Source: Takakia lepidozioides (taxonomy: Eukaryota; Plantae; Bryophyta). From it: a DNA stretch of 64,000 nucleotides. Shown in pieces: positions 59,123 to 64,000 of this stretch; positions within the stretch are counted from its first letter, which is position 1, and each line of letters opens with the position of its first letter. The DNA lies in contig CM060732.1 of assembly GCA_030704615.1 (NCBI GenBank), forward strand, positions 30,814,001 to 30,878,000, in the 5' to 3' direction. A model generated the notes under the pieces. It made no database searches. It was not told the DNA's origin and saw nothing but the letters and a program-made list of their open reading frames with translations. A program made the translations under genes and the position numbers.

Positions 59123-60486
59123 GTGAAAAATTGGCACGTGAATGGAGTAGGAAAGGTGGTCTTCAAGCCTCTGACACCGCAAATCCCAGGCTTTGGCGCA
59201 ATTCTTGCTTCGATGAGTGAACCAGTGTGGTAACTTTTCTCTCATATGTCCCTTGTTAACTGTAGTTTGCATGGGAAGTAGTAGTTTACATGGGTTGGCG
59301 GATTCAATCACTTTGATGGATGTTTATGAGGTACTATGCTGGTCCTTTGGAGTAGTTTTGGAGCTGGTCAGAGCTCACAGCCACCATACCCTGAAGCCAA
59401 TGACAGTCTTGTGACAAGGCTTGGAAAGTTAATGTAAGGTCTGGCGCTCAGATTGTGCCTGAAAGCAAGCTCGAGTCCAACACTTAACCCTCTGCCTCCA
59501 TACAGGCATGACTCATGCGGCTATGGTGCTGCTGCCAGTCACACCCCAGGAGACAAGTTAGAGAGGGGAGGAGATGATGATGGACTCTTCTCACAGAACT
59601 TTTGTAGTGAGGGGAGATTGACACAAACAGCTGTGAAACTTTGGGTGTTCAGCCAGAGCTTGGGTTTGACCTCAAATTTTTGGGGGGCGACATCAATGCT
59701 TTACCTGGTGTTGAGAAGATGATAGATGTGAGTATACCTTCTCTGTTGCAATTTCCCTCTTTTTAGTTGGTTATGTCTGTGAGCTGATAATGAACTTGTA
59801 TGATTCAGTAGATGATGTTTATACCGATGATACAGTAATGAGAATAATATGAACTGCTCACTGTAAGCTAAGAGTGAGTTTTAGTCAGGTCTGGATCTGC
59901 CATCAGAGGAGTCCGAGAGGAACTAGGACTGATTTTGGAGGGATGGGATTGGGGGGGGGGGGGAAACAGAATTCAATTAGGACAGCCCTGATGGATATTC
60001 TGGTATGGCCAAACCGGATTGTCATTCCCATGATGCCAGGGGACTTCTGGTGTGTACTCGCAACTTGTTTCTTGACTTAAGTGAGCCTTCTAATATGGAG
60101 AGGCAAGCCATAATGTACAATGATGCAATAATGGTTGTACATATCATGCACATCTTCATGAAGTTACGTATTTATGAATTGCATACCTTCAGTTGTATCT
60201 TTGGATGTATATAAGTGCAGGTGTCTGTTCTTCTCACATTCACTCTCTTTGATATTCTTTGAACAAAGCTTTGGGTGGTGTGGTGGAGAGCAGCTTTTTG
60301 GAACTGCATCCAGTTGGAGAGTTGGAGGTGTCATTAATCGAAGGGAAGGATGTCAAGAATACTGATATCGTGGGTACGGATCGCTTTGTTATAATGTTCG
60401 TGCGTTAAAAGCAAGATGTGATGAAGCACAGCACCGTCAAGAAAGATTCATTCAAGCCAGTCTGGAATGAGATGTTCAACATTGTG
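59123..60486 (+). pseudogene. Synaptotagmin-like (SMP-C2) gene fragment with introns; exons 59123-59224, 59653-59727, 59970-60049, 60294-60486
   Basis: KVVFKPLTPQIPGFGAI; DLKFLGGDINALPGVEKMID; IRTALMDILVWPNRIVIPMMPGDF; LELHPVGELEVSLIEGKDVKNTD..R*K..PVWNEMFNIV, with an in-frame TAA at ~60406. Confidence 0.75.
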
Positions 60487-60949
60487 GTACTTCCTTTTAT
60501 TCGGGAAATGTTTCTCGTTGCTGATCTATCAAAAAAATTTCAGAGTAGTTTGCTGTGGTTGTCATTGTTGCTGAGAAAGGCTCACTTGTCAAAGGTAAAT
60601 TCCTTTGAAAGAATCACTATGATGAGGATATGTGTTGGGCTGTTAACAGCAAATGAGATGGATAATCCGGGAAGCAAACTTTTAAGATTCCCCAGCTTGA
60701 TGTGGGAATTAACAGTCCACTGTCAGTCTATTCATTCCATGTGTAGTGTTGGAGTTGAATTCAAGGAAGGGAGATTATGACTTGGTACCACTTACCACCC
60801 AGTTGATACATTCACAGGGTAATACCAAAATATTCAATCCCTACGGGTATGACTGTTCGACTTGAAGTCTGTTCCCTGTGGGAGGGTGAAAATTAAAGTT
60901 ACAGAACACAGAAATTAACGTTCTGACGTATGGACGATGAGACAATTGA

Positions 60950-61100
60950 GTAGGCTTTTGGCTCAGCCTTGAGACTTTCAAAGTTGGTAAACCGAGGTAC
61001 AGGCACAATTCCCTTGATAGACTTGAGGCGAGCGGCTCTGTGGTGAGAGAACCCCGGACAGTGAATCAGAAAATGAATATTGGCTTCAGGTTGCCATGAC
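60950..61100 (-). mobile_element. LINE 3' fragment, same family as 38720-39100
   Basis: NIHFLIHCPG and ttcaccaactttgaaagtctcaaggctgagcc-like sequence. Confidence 0.6.
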
Positions 61101-61689
61101 CATGTCCTGCAATCATTAGTAGTCATGAGTGGCGATCTACCTAATATCAATCCTTTAGTATTTTGGATAGGTGTCATAAAACTAAAAACTTTCCGAAAGG
61201 GATGATTCATAGTCTCAGCTCTAGAGTGTTAGTCATCATTGTGACATAAGGTCATTTTTTGGGTGAACAGTGGATGCCATGTTGTATTTTGAAACACAAT
61301 GATGCACGCAATGACACAATGTTTATCACCTAATTATTCATATCTAGTTGTAGAAGAATTATATTTTGTGTAGATAACATATTATGCACAGTGATATTAT
61401 TAATATCTACAATGAACATAATAAAATCAGAAACTGTAATTTAATTTAATTTTAAAAAACAAATCAATCATAATATGTAAAGATAAATTCTTGAGAGGTC
61501 ACGTTGTCACGTTCTCTCTTCGCTGAAATCGGTGTGTGTGCCTTATGGTGTAATCTGGGTTTTAATTTTTTTCCCCACAACAATTTATAATAAAGTTCTC
61601 AACGGCTACCTCCCCTTTCTGTTAAACCAAAAAAAGAAAAATAATAATAATTCAATCCAGTGATTATAATACAGGTGGATGATAAACGA

Positions 61690-64000
61690 GTCATGCCCAT
61701 GACTCAAGGCGTACCACATGAGCGGCGGTGGAAGTCCCGTAATCTGCAGAAGGCATGCTCATTGGTTGATGGATCGTAAACTAACACCCTCACCTCCCAC
61801 ACAGGAGGAACGGCAACGAGAAGGCAGTGTGATGTGGTGCTTATATGGAGCTCTCCGCGAAAGTAGGTTTTCCAGGGACTATTGCCTGGAAATCCGAAAT
61901 GTTAGGGAACTTCTTTGTCGTGATCTGCTCCCTCCCGCCGTGGATGTCGCAGCCCTTTGCCTTGAGGGCAGGGGGTCGGGACACAAGAGGGGCTACCCCT
62001 TGTGGTGGGGGCTGCGGCAACAATAGATGCAGGGGCTGAAGCACCCTTGAGTGCCTACCCAAGGCACTCAAGGAGGCGGAGGCGCTCACTAGGTAGAGCC
62101 CCGCACACCGGGTTGCGGTGGGGGTGGTTCCACGAGGGGTGGTGGTAGCGTAGTGGGTCTTAGTGGGGGTGGCATAAGACTCACCGTGGGGCGGAGACCT
62201 TGTGGTAGGAGTCGTAGGGAGTCTTGGGACTCATCACGGTCCAATGGGGACGTGGTGGGTGGGCCAAGACTCACCGCGACTCATCACCGGGAATCGAGGG
62301 TCTTCGTGGTGGTTCGCCATAAAAGGATGGTGTTGTTTGTGGAACCCCAGCGGACAGTCACAGAAGTCTATATAAGGAGTAGTAACCCCGAAAACGGTGC
62401 AAGCCCGTTGGTGACCAAAAACTAGTGAGTGAGCGAGCGAGCGAGCCGGAAAGCAACCAAGGAGTGAGGAGCTATTCCGGACTGCCATCTACCAAAGGGA
62501 ATTTCCACTAGGCCCGAATTGATGGAGGGTCTGTTGGAGGAGCAAAGGGGGACCGTTATGCCCCGGTGAGCGGCTGAAGCTCCGAGTTGGTCCGGCGGCC
62601 AGTTGGGGAGTTAGGTGCGCGCATCAAAACGAGTAACTATGACTTGAAGGGGAGCTTACCGAAGTGAGGTGCGCGACACTTGGTATCAGATCTTAGAGTT
62701 CAGTACGCGATCGTCCTTGAGATCGACCTCATCATGGGGTCGGGCAAGCCAAAGCGAAAGCAAAACGGCCCGAAAGATGATGATCTTGGTGAGCCCGATA
62801 GGGGCGACGTGTCACCGAAGCGGCAATTTGAGGAGGCGATTCATGCTTTTGAAAGCGAGGCCGCTCAAGAACGGGAGGAATCTGGGGAGTCGGAGCCCGA
62901 GGACTCCCCGGAGGCTCCGACAGACCAACAGATGCCTCCCATGCCAGTAGCCTTTTGGGAAGGGTTATTGGTGCAGTTTGGCGGGACGTTGAAAGACGTG
63001 TTGAAGGCAGCTAATGCCACTTCCACTAAGGCAAAGTTTAAGGTGAAGCCTAAAGAACTCGGCACCTTCGAGGGCGTCCGAAATCGGAAGGCACTCAATA
63101 CCTAGCTCTTGGAGCTAGAGCAGTACTTCCTGGCGGCCAAGTTGAGTAACGAGGATCGGGTGGAAGTGACTCCCACCTATTTGAGGGGCTATGCTCAACA
63201 ATGGTGGCAGAAACGCCTTCACGACCAAGGTCCAAACCTGGAAACCTTGAACTGGAGTGGGTTCAAAGAACTTATGAAGAGACAGTTTGTGCCCCTCAAC
63301 GCGTCCTGGCTCGCCCGGGACAAGATGCGGAATTTGAAGCAAACGGATGACATTCGGGGATATGTTCAGGCTTTCAATGTGCTATTGCTCAAAGTCGCGG
63401 ACATGGAAGAACCAAAAATGGTCTTCAACTTTGTGGCGGGACTGGCCTCGTGGGCCAGGCGGAAGTTGGAGGAGAAGCCACCTAAGACTTTGAACGAGGC
63501 AATTGAGAAGGCTGAATGTTTCTCGGATGTCCCTAGGGGGGAAAGACAAGGCCGTACGGAGCTGAACCACAAGAAGACCCGGCGAGAGGGTGACTCCTTC
63601 CGACCGGAAAAGAAGTGGGATAGGCCACGCGGCGACAATGGCACGTGGAAATCGAAGGGAGGACCTTCACACGTCAAGGCGGCACCCGGTGCTCCGAAAA
63701 GAAAATCAGGTGCGGCGGCTTATGGCAGACAGAAGGCGACCTTCGATGGAGTATGCTTTAATTGCGGGGAGCCCGGGCATATGGCCAAGAAGTGCACAAA
63801 ACCCCGACAATTGAACACGACTTGGGCGGCCACGGAGCTGTCCGAAGATTCCAGTAGCCGCTTGGTGGAGGCGGTGGTCGCCAAGACTTGCAAGGTAGGC
63901 AACTACTCTTGTGAGTTGTATCAGGGAACTGGCGCCTTGCGTAAAGGGAGTCAGTTAATGTTTGTGAGTGGGATAATCTCCGGAACTAACGTATCGTTGT
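61690..64000 (+). mobile_element. 5' part of a Ty3/Gypsy LTR retrotransposon (5' LTR ends ...CA 62678, PBS 62681, gag from ~62733, start of protease region); LTR start uncertain
   Basis: tRNA-iMet-type PBS tggtatcaga after ..gcgaca; TATA at ~62369; gag FEGVRN..LELEQYF..YLRGYAQQWW with in-frame TAG at 63103; zinc knuckle CFNCGEPGHMAKKC (~63755-63797). Confidence 0.9.

Overview
Nuclear DNA of a land plant, most likely a non-seed plant; this is inferred from spliced genes, PLS-class PPR-DYW editing factors and TTTAGGG-like repeats. Ordinary genes are an acetyl-CoA C-acetyltransferase (thiolase, +), a chloroplast HMA1-type P1B ATPase (-) and a P-class PPR gene (-), among many LINE remnants, two MITE-like elements and the 5' end of a Ty3/Gypsy element. 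The most interesting feature is a ~4.65-kb inverted duplication (42652-47311 / 52411-57059) around a LINE-derived spacer. Each arm carries a PLS-PPR-E1-E2-DYW gene whose short upstream exons, and the start of its large exon, encode tandem OSB-type 'PDF' ssDNA-binding motifs (W..F..DPS.WWDNR.KK | HPRGPDFKHKIT.DSLWI....P.WV). This points to a PDF-array + PPR + cytidine deaminase fusion. A third, decaying PPR gene at 21.9-24.9 kb has the same architecture. The two palindromic paralogues are near-identical but differ at the PPR-code residues of 6 of 12 P/S motifs, which suggests retargeting by repeat shuffling. All splice models were read by eye and need transcript confirmation.
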